Source of the DNA: Acidobacteriota bacterium
GTDB lineage: Bacteria; Acidobacteriota; Blastocatellia; Pyrinomonadales; Pyrinomonadaceae
Assembly: GCA_031413075.1 (NCBI GenBank)
Contig: JANOEF010000568.1
Coordinates: 1 to 45,452, forward strand
Length of the DNA: 45,452 nt
Reading direction: 5' to 3'
Shown: piece after piece, positions 7,842 to 16,814 of the stretch
Layout of the letters: every line of letters starts with the position of its first letter
Position numbering within the stretch: the first letter of the stretch is position 1
Notes under the pieces: generated by a model
The model's database searches: none
The model's input: the letters and a program-made list of their open reading frames with translations, nothing else
Told to the model about the DNA's origin: nothing
Position numbers and translations under genes: made by a program

Positions 7842-9212
7842 TTAGCAGTTTTGAGAAAAATCGAAATCAGATTTTTCCCGGTAATCAAATAATTCCCGGT
7901 GATTTTGAAATTCCTGATACATCTGATCGTAAAGTTCAAAGGTTTCGCCGAGGATTTTTTCCCGATTATTATCTTTGGCAGTTTGGATGGCGGCCGCTAT
8001 TTTTTGCCGGGTGCGGTCGGGGTCGGCAAAAATATCTTTGACGGCATTGGCGTAATGAGTGCCGGTCGGTTCGACCAGCCAAGCGTTGTCCGGGGTTGCA
8101 TATGTCAGAATGCCGCCGGAATTCGGAGCCACCACCGGCACGCCCGAGGCCATGGCTTCCAACAGACCGTTGCCGGACGGTTCACGCGGATTCGGATGGA
8201 CAAAAACATCACAATTGGCATAGAGGTTGGCTAATTTTTGGCGGTCGGTGAGATGCCCGAGCATTTTCAGCTTTTCAGGTAATTTGGTCGCAAATTCATT
8301 TGTCAGCCAGTCGGCTAAGGGGCCGCCGCCCGCGACGACGAGCCGATAGTCAGAGGTTTCATCCTTTGACAACTCTCGCATCATTTCGAACAAAACGCCG
8401 ATATTTTTTTCGGGCGAGAGTCGTCCGGCATAAAAGATTATTTTGGCTTCTGCCGGAATTCCGATTTCCTCCCGAATCTCGCGGCGAAAATCGGCCGAGT
8501 GATTTTTATCCGAAAAGATCAAGTCAGGGCCGGTGCGTAAATTGTGAAACACACGCTCTTTAAGCGGTAGTTGGGTGGCCCGGAAAAAACGCCAGCACCA
8601 ATTGAAAAAGCGATTTGAACGGCGCGGGTTGTTTGCGGCGAGCGCTGAGTCAAAATATTCATCGGCGATATAGGACGAAACCGCAATATAAAAATCATAG
8701 AGCGAAGTATTGTAATTACCCATCGCCCGCCGCGCAAACCATTGCCCGATTTTGCTGTGCGTGATAAAGGCATCAACATTGTCGTCCATTCTTTCGCAGC
8801 TAAAATGCACCAGAACCGGCCTTCCGAGCTGACTAAAAGCATGTTTGCGAATCATCGCCGCCATCAAACTTAGAGTGTATTTGTCGCAAATTTCGATCAA
8901 GTCCGGTTTTTCTTCGAGCAAGATTTTGCGAACCTCAGAGCCGGTCATCATATATTGCCAGGGCATGATGATTCGATAGCGTTTGTCGAAAAGCGGTGAA
9001 TTTTTGGCCGGCACATAGCGGATTTTGGTGTATTCGCCTAAAACTTCAGTTTCTTCGGTTTCGCCCGGGACGATGAGTGTCATTGGTCGCTGATGCTTTT
9101 CGGCGTATTCTAACTGGAGTAGATAAAAAGTCCGAATTCCGCCCGAATTCTGGTGGAAATAGTTGGTGATATGGACTGTTTTAATCGAATCGTTACTCAC
9201 TGACAACCTCAA
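7842..9212 (-). CDS. Glycosyltransferase family 4 (GT-B, Glycos_transf_1)
   Basis: C-terminal GT4 core FYAGRLSPEKNIGVL...VFVHPNPREPSGNGLLEAMASGVPVVA. The start is non-ATG (TTG 9212 or GTG 9200) and overlaps the upstream gene. Confidence 0.8.
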   Translation of the reverse strand: MRLSVSNDSIKTVHITNYFHQNSGGIRTFYLLQLEYAEKHQRPMTLIVPGETEETEVLGEYTKIRYVPAKNSPLFDKRYRIIMPWQYMMTGSEVRKILLEEKPDLIEICDKYTLSLMAAMIRKHAFSQLGRPVLVHFSCERMDDNVDAFITHSKIGQWFARRAMGNYNTSLYDFYIAVSSYIADEYFDSALAANNPRRSNRFFNWCWRFFRATQLPLKERVFHNLRTGPDLIFSDKNHSADFRREIREEIGIPAEAKIIFYAGRLSPEKNIGVLFEMMRELSKDETSDYRLVVAGGGPLADWLTNEFATKLPEKLKMLGHLTDRQKLANLYANCDVFVHPNPREPSGNGLLEAMASGVPVVAPNSGGILTYATPDNAWLVEPTGTHYANAVKDIFADPDRTRQKIAAAIQTAKDNNREKILGETFELYDQMYQEFQNHRELFDYREKSDFDFSQNC

Positions 9213-9957
9213 CCGGCGAAATTTTACGGGCAGAAAATATTGTGAGCAGGGTTACCACAATAACCATAAACCCGAGAACTGAACCACCTGCCACTAATCC
9301 CCACGAAGATTTACCGCGCAGGATTCCGGCGGTGAGCCCGACGGAGAGCGTGATCGCCAAAGTCGTCAAAGTTGATTGTAAATATTGTCCGCGCCGGATC
9401 ATCTCGGAGATCTTACGCGGAATAAAGATGATGAATTCTAAAATAATGCTGGGAAAACTCTTGAAATCCTGCCAGAGCGATTGCTGATTTTCGTCCTTGA
9501 CCAATAATGCACCGCGACGCATCGCAAAAAGATTGAAGATGGCGGAAATAATCGAAAATGAAATCGAGACAATCAGGGCGCTAATTTTACCTGGGTCACC
9601 ATTGAGGGTATGCAGAATAAATTCGATGAGATGCCCCAACCCCGGCAACATCACCATGACGCAGATGGTTGCCAGCCAGGCCGGAGTTGCTTTGTGAAAC
9701 GCTTGCACCAATGATCCGAAAGCCCCGGAAACGATGACCCGGAATATAAATTCAACCGACATGGCACTCAGTGCCGCCCGCCAACCGTGTTGAATATTCG
9801 TGGCAAAATGAATTGAACCGCGCATCAAACCGCTAAACAAAGCGGCTTTCCAATTCCAACGCCAAACCAGCATTTCCAACGGATGCGCGAAAATGTATCG
9901 AAACACTTCGCCCACGGTGGTCAGGGATGATGCGTTTTTTATTTCAGAATTAACCAT
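9193..9957 (-). CDS. Polytopic membrane protein of unknown function
   Basis: 254-aa ORF with about 6 hydrophobic helices. It is embedded between two GT4 genes with overlapping ends. I recognise no family motif. Confidence 0.6.
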   Translation of the reverse strand: MVNSEIKNASSLTTVGEVFRYIFAHPLEMLVWRWNWKAALFSGLMRGSIHFATNIQHGWRAALSAMSVEFIFRVIVSGAFGSLVQAFHKATPAWLATICVMVMLPGLGHLIEFILHTLNGDPGKISALIVSISFSIISAIFNLFAMRRGALLVKDENQQSLWQDFKSFPSIILEFIIFIPRKISEMIRRGQYLQSTLTTLAITLSVGLTAGILRGKSSWGLVAGGSVLGFMVIVVTLLTIFSARKISPVEVVSE

Positions 9958-9960
9958 ATA

Positions 9961-9992
9961 AAGTGAAAAAGTGAAAAAGTGAAAAAGTGAAA
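9961..9992. repeat. 4 x 8-bp tandem repeat AAGTGAAA
   Basis: Read directly. It starts 4 nt upstream of the membrane-protein ATG (minus strand), where an RBS would sit. Confidence 0.9.
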
Positions 9993-10031
9993 GAGTTTGA
10001 ACCTAACTGTTCAAACATTCTTTCTCTTGAT

Positions 10032-11228
10032 TCACTTAATCTGTCCGCGTTCGCGGGCGATTTCCAGGGTTTTTCGATAACCGTCATAAACGCCGTCAAA
10101 AATCGCATCCCACGAATTTGAAATAACAAAATTGCGGGCGGCTTCTTTCATTTTTGCCAATTTTTCGGGATTGTCCATTAACTCAACCGAATATTTAACA
10201 TAATCTTCAAGGTTTTCCGCGACAAAACCCGATTCGCCTGCTTTGATAATGAACTTCGGTCCGCCGAGATTTGAAACGATGGCCGGAACGCCCGAACAAT
10301 TTGCTTCCTGAGCGACATTTCCGAAAGCATCGGTTTCCGATGGAAAAACGAAAATGTCCATATTGGCATAGGCTTCGGCCAACTGTTCACCCGAAATAAA
10401 GCCCGTGAATTCAGCTGTTTTCATTGTCTTTTCCATAAAGGTGCGCTCATCGCCCTCGCCAACGATCAAGAATTTGAAATTCGTTTTACCCATTTCGAGC
10501 AGACGTTTTTCTAAATCTACCAAAAGCCGGACATTTTTTTCCGCCCGTAATCGTCCAACGAAACCGAGTCGGATGATTCCGTCGTGAGCGGTGCGTTTGG
10601 CCGGCGAAAAAAGTTCGGAATCCACTCCGCGTCCCATCAGAAACGCGGCCCGGTTTGAACCTTTGCCGAGCGCTTCGACCAATTCCGAATTTGGGGCGAG
10701 CACTACTTTCGGCATTCGGTAATAGAGGAGGGAACCCGCGTAAATTTTTTTTTCGGCAAATCCGGCGATTGATTTATTCCAACTATCGGGGAGAAAGCGG
10801 AACAGCTTTTCTAACCGTCGCGACGCAAATTCGTGCAGATTGGTATGCCACGAACCAAGCAGCGGAATTTGACGTTTGTAGGCCAGGATCGCGGCATTGA
10901 TACTGACATCGTTGAGTCCGGTGATATGCAGGAGGTCAGGTTTAAATTCGTCCAGTGCCTTGCTCACCCGATTCAAATGGCGGGTAAAAAACGGGTCGTA
11001 TTTTAGTGCCTCGTCAACCGGAATCGAGAGCATCGCGCGTTTAAGCGCCAGATTCGTAACGCTGCCGTCCACAAAAGTCTCATTTTTTTGATCGGCGTAA
11101 ACACATAAAAAAGGGTAGCCGCGTTTTTGGGCAAACCCTGTTAATCTTCTGCACGTCATGGCCGCTCCATTTACTTCCAGATATGAATCCGGAAAGAAAG
11201 CGACTCTCGGAATATTTTCGCTCATCAA
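10032..11228 (-). CDS. Glycosyltransferase family 4, SqdX/lipid-glycosyltransferase-like
   Basis: N-terminal RVAFFPDSYLEVNGAAMT, then FKPDLLHITG...GSWHTNLHEF, then GFVGRLRAEKN...IFVFPSETDAFGNVAQEANCSGVPAIV. The layout resembles DAG-glycosylating GT4 enzymes. Confidence 0.8.
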   Translation of the reverse strand: MMSENIPRVAFFPDSYLEVNGAAMTCRRLTGFAQKRGYPFLCVYADQKNETFVDGSVTNLALKRAMLSIPVDEALKYDPFFTRHLNRVSKALDEFKPDLLHITGLNDVSINAAILAYKRQIPLLGSWHTNLHEFASRRLEKLFRFLPDSWNKSIAGFAEKKIYAGSLLYYRMPKVVLAPNSELVEALGKGSNRAAFLMGRGVDSELFSPAKRTAHDGIIRLGFVGRLRAEKNVRLLVDLEKRLLEMGKTNFKFLIVGEGDERTFMEKTMKTAEFTGFISGEQLAEAYANMDIFVFPSETDAFGNVAQEANCSGVPAIVSNLGGPKFIIKAGESGFVAENLEDYVKYSVELMDNPEKLAKMKEAARNFVISNSWDAIFDGVYDGYRKTLEIARERGQIK

Positions 11229-12451
11229 TTATCAGCTATCAGTTTTTCGTTCTCAGCGATCAAGGGCTCGCTGCCCGCCGGTTTTAGATTGTTTTTGACC
11301 GATTTCGGCACCACATCTTCGCCTTTCATCAGCATTCGGTAAATAGGACGCAGTTTTGGATTACCTAAGAAACCCATCGTCTTAATGGCCCACCGCAGCC
11401 AAACAGGGCCGCCTTTTTTCCAGCCGTGACCCGAGAGGGGAATCAATCCGGAGTCGTCAATTTCGAAGAAAACCCGGTCAAACCAACGTCGCCGTACTTC
11501 GGGAAAATGGTCATAATAACTGAGGATTTCAGAAAATGATTGTAGTTGCCGCGAATGAAGCGGAGCCGCGTATTCGGGCATCAAAACCACTTCGGTGCGT
11601 TTATCGTTTCGAACTTCGTCCACAAATTCGGCAAAAGTCTTGGCGTTGGTTAAATTAAGGACGGTGTTCGGTTTGCATCCGTGACGATCCCCGCCGGTGC
11701 AAATCGGCATATTGATGGTTTCGGCCAATTCGATGGTCGCTTTGTTTTCCGACCAGGTGCGAAAACCATTGATCTCAAAGGCATGGATCCATTGAGCGTG
11801 TTCTTTGATAAAATGATCCAGCAGGATTTCGTGTTTTTCTTGTCCGACCAATTCAATATCCCACAACGGATGATTCAAAATTACTAAAACTTCGGGCAAT
11901 TCATTGAGCATCGCAAAAAGTTCGTGCAATCGTTCGTTAGTTGGTTTTTCTTCGCTGAAAGTATAGTCGAGGAGCTGCTGAGAAATTTCTAACGCGTTGT
12001 CCGGTGGCAAATTATGCACACCGACATGAAAAAAGCCATATTCAAACGGAACTGTCCACTCCAGCGAAATGGGCGCGATCTCGTTCGGCGTATGCTCATT
12101 GAGTCGAACATTGGCTTCGATATTATCGTGGTCGCTAATGGAAATAATCGGATTCAGCCCGAGTTTCTCAATTTGTGTTTTTTCGATTGAATAAACGTCT
12201 GTTTCAGACATCGGCGGCGACCAGTAAGCCGTTTCAAAATTGATTCCTTTGCCTTCGCGTTCCAAATATTTATCACGCTCTTTGCGCCAAAAATAATTGA
12301 TAATCGGAAGTTTTTCCGCGTAATACGGCAAAAAATCCAACATTTCTTTAGAAAACTGGGTATGACAATGGAGAGAAACACCTGTTTTCACCTCTTTTGA
12401 CAGGTCTTTTTCTTGGTCTAAAATATGTAGGCGCGTGTTTTGTAGCTTCAT
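11225..12451 (-). CDS. PHP-family metal-dependent phosphoesterase
   Basis: PHP metal ligands appear in order: LHCHTQFS (HxH), SISDHD and GGDRHG. It is the first gene of a four-gene minus-strand operon, and its stop overlaps the next ATG. Confidence 0.7.
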   Translation of the reverse strand: MKLQNTRLHILDQEKDLSKEVKTGVSLHCHTQFSKEMLDFLPYYAEKLPIINYFWRKERDKYLEREGKGINFETAYWSPPMSETDVYSIEKTQIEKLGLNPIISISDHDNIEANVRLNEHTPNEIAPISLEWTVPFEYGFFHVGVHNLPPDNALEISQQLLDYTFSEEKPTNERLHELFAMLNELPEVLVILNHPLWDIELVGQEKHEILLDHFIKEHAQWIHAFEINGFRTWSENKATIELAETINMPICTGGDRHGCKPNTVLNLTNAKTFAEFVDEVRNDKRTEVVLMPEYAAPLHSRQLQSFSEILSYYDHFPEVRRRWFDRVFFEIDDSGLIPLSGHGWKKGGPVWLRWAIKTMGFLGNPKLRPIYRMLMKGEDVVPKSVKNNLKPAGSEPLIAENEKLIADN

Positions 12452-12692
12452 TTCCCACTCCGTAAATCTTTAAGGCTATCAAATCTGATGCCCGATGTAA
12501 ATTCGTTAGATGGTTGATTTTTTTAGGAGAGCCAAGTTATTTGCGAGTTTATCACATAAAATCCAAAAAATGAATCCGGAAAGACTTGCGAAACGTATCA
12601 AAAACCGAGTAGAGTTTTTAGGAAAGATTGATTCATTTTATAATTGAATCATTGAATCATTTTAAGAGTGGGCGAAGCATTCCATTCAAAGA

Positions 12693-12756
12693 AATGAATC
12701 AGTGAATCAATGAATCAATGAATCAATGAATCAATGAATCAATGAATCAATGAATC
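12693..12756. repeat. 8 x 8-bp tandem repeat AATGAATC, with the last unit containing the kinase start codon
   Basis: Read directly. Two further ATTGAATC units lie at 12643-12658. Confidence 0.95.
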
Positions 12757-14933
12757 TGGAAAGTCTGATCGGGCAGACGCTCGATACCAAATATTTAATC
12801 GAAAGAGAACTCGGCCGCGGCGGAATGGGGGCGGTTTATCTGGCCACTCATATCGGTACGGAACGCCCGGTGGCTTTAAAGGTAATCGTCCCGCAATTTA
12901 TGCAGCGGGCGGAGTTTGTCGAACGATTCCGCCGCGAGGCCCGGGCCGCCGGGCGGCTGCGTCACCCGAACGTGGTTGACGTGACAGACTTCGGTTTTGC
13001 TGAGACTTCACAGGGTCGAGTGGCCTATCTCGTCATGGAATATCTCGACGGTTGCACGCTTGGCGAGATTTTGGATGAAGAAAAACAATTGCCTCTGGGG
13101 TGGACGCTCGATATTTTGGAACAGATCTGTTCGGCCGTGCACGAAGCTCATCAGCAAGGCATCATTCACCGGGACTTAAAGCCTGACAATATTTGGCTCG
13201 AACCTAATCAGCGCGGCGGTTACACGGTCAAAGTGCTGGATTTCGGAATTGCCAAACTCGAAGAGCCGACGAGCGCAGGCGGTGCGCCCCCCGAACTTAA
13301 TCCAACCACCACCCTTGCGACTCAATTGTTTCATCAAGGCGAAACTTTAGCGGATCAAACTAATGCCCAGACGCTCATCGAAAATCGCGGCGCGACCCTG
13401 ATTGGCGAAGCCGGGACTCTCATTCAAACCACGGATGACGAAAAAGGAACGGCAATTTTTCCGGTCGCTGAAATTTCGTCCGAAGAGGGAACCGCGATTT
13501 TTGCAAAGCCGGAAAATGGCACGCAGCTGATTGAAAAAGACGAGAAAGGGACCCGGTTGATTTCAAAGGCCGATGAGACCGATCGAGATTCTGCCAATTC
13601 TTCGACTTCTGCTTTAACCCGGGTTGGCGCGGTTCTGGGCACTCCGCTCTATATGTCTCCGGAACAATGTCGGGGCGAAAAGCTTTCGCCGCGCTCCGAC
13701 ATTTACAGTTTGGCCGTCATCGCCTATCAAATGCTATCGGGTAAAACTCCTTTTACCGGGGATTTTACGACCGTGATGGATTCGCACAAAGAGATTGCGC
13801 CGCCGCCGCTGGAGGCGAAAAGAGTTCCCAAAAAGGTCAAAAAGGTTCTGTTTTCGGCGTTGGCCAAAGAAAAAGATGAGCGTCCGCAAACGGCCGAAGC
13901 TTTTGCCAGTAAGTTGCGTTCGCATTCAGAAGGAATCGGCGCCTTATTTAGGAACGCCGTGACCATTTACGGCGAACATCTGCCAAAATTTTTACTGCTC
14001 TCTTTAATTTTGGCGACGCCTTTTTTTGTCACCAATTTTATCAAAGTATTGGTTGATTTATTGCTGGTGACAGAGATTTTAGCCGATGGGACGAGTTGGA
14101 CAATTATCAGGGTTGTGCTGGGGTTTGCCGATTTCTTTGTCAAAATGTTTTATTCAACTTTGTTAGTTGGCGCGACTACCTGGATTGTGTCCCAAATTTT
14201 GGCAGTTCCACTGCGTCCATTAACCCTCAAATCTGCTTTTACCGAGTTAAGAAAAAGCTGGAAATCGCTTTTAAAAACCGTTACGTTTTCTACTTTGATA
14301 GCGTTATTGGGATTTGCTTTTTGCTTTTTTCCGGGGCTGTATCTTTCAGCCAGGTATATGTTGATCGCTCCTTCGATAATGATGGAAGGTTTAAGCGGGA
14401 GAGCCGCTTTTCGGCGTTCGGTAGAACTGGTTAATCGTTCTTTTTTGACCGTGTTGGGCACCGCCCTAATCGTTTATTTGATTCCAACCATTTTAGCCTT
14501 TGTCATAAGTTTTGCTATTCAGGGAACCATCAAAGGTTTTATGAATCAACCGCTTGAAAGGGCAAAAGTTGAGTCGGAAAAAGCAACAGAGGACGGTGTC
14601 AATATCTCAGTCGGACCTCGCGGAGTAAAAGTTTCCGGTAGCGAAGAATCTGAAGAAGACAAACAAAGAAGAAAAAGAATTGAACGCAGAGTCGGAATCG
14701 GACAAGGCATTTTTGAACTCATTTGGATGCCAATAATTTTTGTCCTTTCGTCTTTCACGTCTGTAATTACAGCATTACTTTACTTTAAAACCCGACAGGC
14801 CGGCGGCGAATCTATGCAGGAGTTATTGGCAAAATTTGAAGATGTCGAACATCCTCGCAGTAATTGGCAACATCGAATCCGGGAGCGTCTGATTCAGTCG
14901 GGAAGATCCAATAGCACAGAAAAAAGGCAATGA
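12750..14933 (+). CDS. Hanks-type Ser/Thr protein kinase with a giant activation-loop insert and a polytopic C-terminal membrane domain
   Basis: Kinase motifs GRGGMGAVY, ALKVI, HRDLKPDNIWL, DFGIAKL and GTPLYMSPE. The C-terminal ~330 aa contain several TM helices. Confidence 0.9.
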   Translation: MNLESLIGQTLDTKYLIERELGRGGMGAVYLATHIGTERPVALKVIVPQFMQRAEFVERFRREARAAGRLRHPNVVDVTDFGFAETSQGRVAYLVMEYLDGCTLGEILDEEKQLPLGWTLDILEQICSAVHEAHQQGIIHRDLKPDNIWLEPNQRGGYTVKVLDFGIAKLEEPTSAGGAPPELNPTTTLATQLFHQGETLADQTNAQTLIENRGATLIGEAGTLIQTTDDEKGTAIFPVAEISSEEGTAIFAKPENGTQLIEKDEKGTRLISKADETDRDSANSSTSALTRVGAVLGTPLYMSPEQCRGEKLSPRSDIYSLAVIAYQMLSGKTPFTGDFTTVMDSHKEIAPPPLEAKRVPKKVKKVLFSALAKEKDERPQTAEAFASKLRSHSEGIGALFRNAVTIYGEHLPKFLLLSLILATPFFVTNFIKVLVDLLLVTEILADGTSWTIIRVVLGFADFFVKMFYSTLLVGATTWIVSQILAVPLRPLTLKSAFTELRKSWKSLLKTVTFSTLIALLGFAFCFFPGLYLSARYMLIAPSIMMEGLSGRAAFRRSVELVNRSFLTVLGTALIVYLIPTILAFVISFAIQGTIKGFMNQPLERAKVESEKATEDGVNISVGPRGVKVSGSEESEEDKQRRKRIERRVGIGQGIFELIWMPIIFVLSSFTSVITALLYFKTRQAGGESMQELLAKFEDVEHPRSNWQHRIRERLIQSGRSNSTEKRQ

Positions 14934-16768
14934 AAATTCAAAATTCAAAATTCAAAGTTCAAAATTCAAAATTTGGATGGCTGGTTTTACTGTTCATCGC
15001 CTGCTCTTTTGAGCTGACTGCCAACGCCCAGACTTTTCAGCGGGATTTCAAACTAAAAGCAGGCGGACAGGTTGAAATTATCAATCTTTACGGACGGGTC
15101 AAAGTCGAAGCCAATGAAGGAAACGACGAGCAAGTCCGGCTTAAAACGGAAAGTAAACAGGTCTTGACGGACAAAGATTTTGAAATCAAAGCTTCTGCTG
15201 GCCGGATAAAAATCAGCTTCACTCCGGCTAACGAAAAAGCAAGGGCGGATTTAGTTGTTTCGGTGCCGGAGCGGATTCGGCTCAAAATCGAAACCGAAGC
15301 AGGCGAAGTGGCCATTAACGGCAATCTGGAATCCGCCGAAGTTTTGACTGATACCGGAACAATTTCGACTAACATCCCGCTCTTAGATTTGAAATATGAG
15401 TTTTGGTGGACTCAGTCGCGTCCGCGCATGGTGAGCGATGTCGAGATTGAAAAAGTCCGGGAACGAATCGGCGGAAAATTCTCGGTCATCGGAAAATACT
15501 TTGATGAGGAGGCTCTGGCACAAAGAGCGGCAGACGAAAAAGAGCAAGCAGAGAAGGAACAGGAGAATCCGGATACTAAAACCTCAGGCAATCCAAAATC
15601 CAAAATCCAAAATCCAAAACCGACCGCGATTTCCTTGAAATTCTCGACTGCCCGCGGAATTGTTTTGCTCAATGTGAGCCCTTCGGAGGTTTCGTCCGAT
15701 TTACGGGAGCGTCCGCTGACCGAAGCCGCTAAAGCCGTTATCCGGAGCGGTGATTCGCTCCTCATGGATGCAATTCGCCGAACCAGTCCCAAATATTTTG
15801 GCGATTATCTGAAAACGCTTCCGCCGCGCCGGACTTCGCCTAATCTCAATGATCGTCCGAAAGACGTTAATGCTTCTGACGCCAAGATCAAACAAGTCGT
15901 GGCGAGAGTCGTGGACAACGATAATCGGGCCATCAGCGGACTCGAAAAAAAAGATTTTTCCCTGACCGAAAAAGGGATTGAACGCGAAATTTTATCGGTT
16001 AAACCGGTCACTGCGCCGTTTAATTTGGTTTTAATGCTGGACGTTTCGGGAAGCATCGAAAACTATGTTAATTTTATCCGCAAAGCCGCCCGTAATTTTC
16101 TCGGGACGATGAGTCCGAACGATCGGATTGCAATCGTTATTTTTAATGATGACGTTAAGCAAATTGCGACTTTCACTACCGATCGAGGACAGCTTTCCGA
16201 ATCTCTCGACAGTTTTGATGCCGGCGGCGGCACAGCCTATTTCGACGCCATAGCCTATTCATTGGCCGAAACTTTGAAACCGTTCAAAGGTGAACGGACG
16301 GCGGTGGTCATTCTCTCGGACGGTGACGATAATCGTTCATTTTTACCGTTTGACTCTCTGCTGGGTTCGATTCAGGAAAGCGGGGCCTTGATTTATCCGC
16401 TTTATGTTCCCTCAGCTCTGGTCGCGGCCTCGGCCAACCGAAATTGGACCGAATCGGCTGACCCGTTGCGGACTCGTTATATGGGTTTGACCTCAAAAGC
16501 CGAAGGCGAAGGCACTCGACTGGCCAAGGTTTCGGGCGGGGTTTATTATCCGATCCGCCAACTTAATGACCTGCAAAAGGCTTATGAAGACATCGTGGTT
16601 CAGCTTCGCACGGCATATACCATTACTTATCGCTCAGAGACGACGGACACCAAAGATTCCGCTTCGCCGCGTCTGAGAGTAAAAGTTAACCGGGAAGGAG
16701 TTTTTGTCAATCTCGGTGCCGTAACGCCGGTTCTGGATAATCAAATAAGTTTTTTGCCGGGAAGATAA
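14930..16768 (+). CDS. Secreted VWA-domain protein with an N-terminal DUF4097-like beta domain
   Basis: MIDAS elements LMLDVSGSI, GGGTAYFDAI and ILSDGDDN, plus a signal peptide WLVLLFIACSFELTANA. The ATG overlaps the kinase stop (ATGA). Confidence 0.85.
   Translation: MKIQNSKFKVQNSKFGWLVLLFIACSFELTANAQTFQRDFKLKAGGQVEIINLYGRVKVEANEGNDEQVRLKTESKQVLTDKDFEIKASAGRIKISFTPANEKARADLVVSVPERIRLKIETEAGEVAINGNLESAEVLTDTGTISTNIPLLDLKYEFWWTQSRPRMVSDVEIEKVRERIGGKFSVIGKYFDEEALAQRAADEKEQAEKEQENPDTKTSGNPKSKIQNPKPTAISLKFSTARGIVLLNVSPSEVSSDLRERPLTEAAKAVIRSGDSLLMDAIRRTSPKYFGDYLKTLPPRRTSPNLNDRPKDVNASDAKIKQVVARVVDNDNRAISGLEKKDFSLTEKGIEREILSVKPVTAPFNLVLMLDVSGSIENYVNFIRKAARNFLGTMSPNDRIAIVIFNDDVKQIATFTTDRGQLSESLDSFDAGGGTAYFDAIAYSLAETLKPFKGERTAVVILSDGDDNRSFLPFDSLLGSIQESGALIYPLYVPSALVAASANRNWTESADPLRTRYMGLTSKAEGEGTRLAKVSGGVYYPIRQLNDLQKAYEDIVVQLRTAYTITYRSETTDTKDSASPRLRVKVNREGVFVNLGAVTPVLDNQISFLPGR
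14933..14974. repeat. 6-unit heptamer microsatellite AAAATTC in codons 2-15 of the VWA gene
   Basis: Read directly. It encodes KIQNSKFKVQNSKF, the charged n-region of the signal peptide. Confidence 0.9.
15590..15617. repeat. 4 x heptamer AATCCAA inside the VWA gene
   Basis: Read directly. It encodes NPKSKIQNPK and is the reverse complement of the btaB heptamer. Confidence 0.9.
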
Positions 16769-16814
16769 ATGTTTTTAATCAAAACGAAGTTCAAATTACC
16801 TTATCTTTTGCCAA

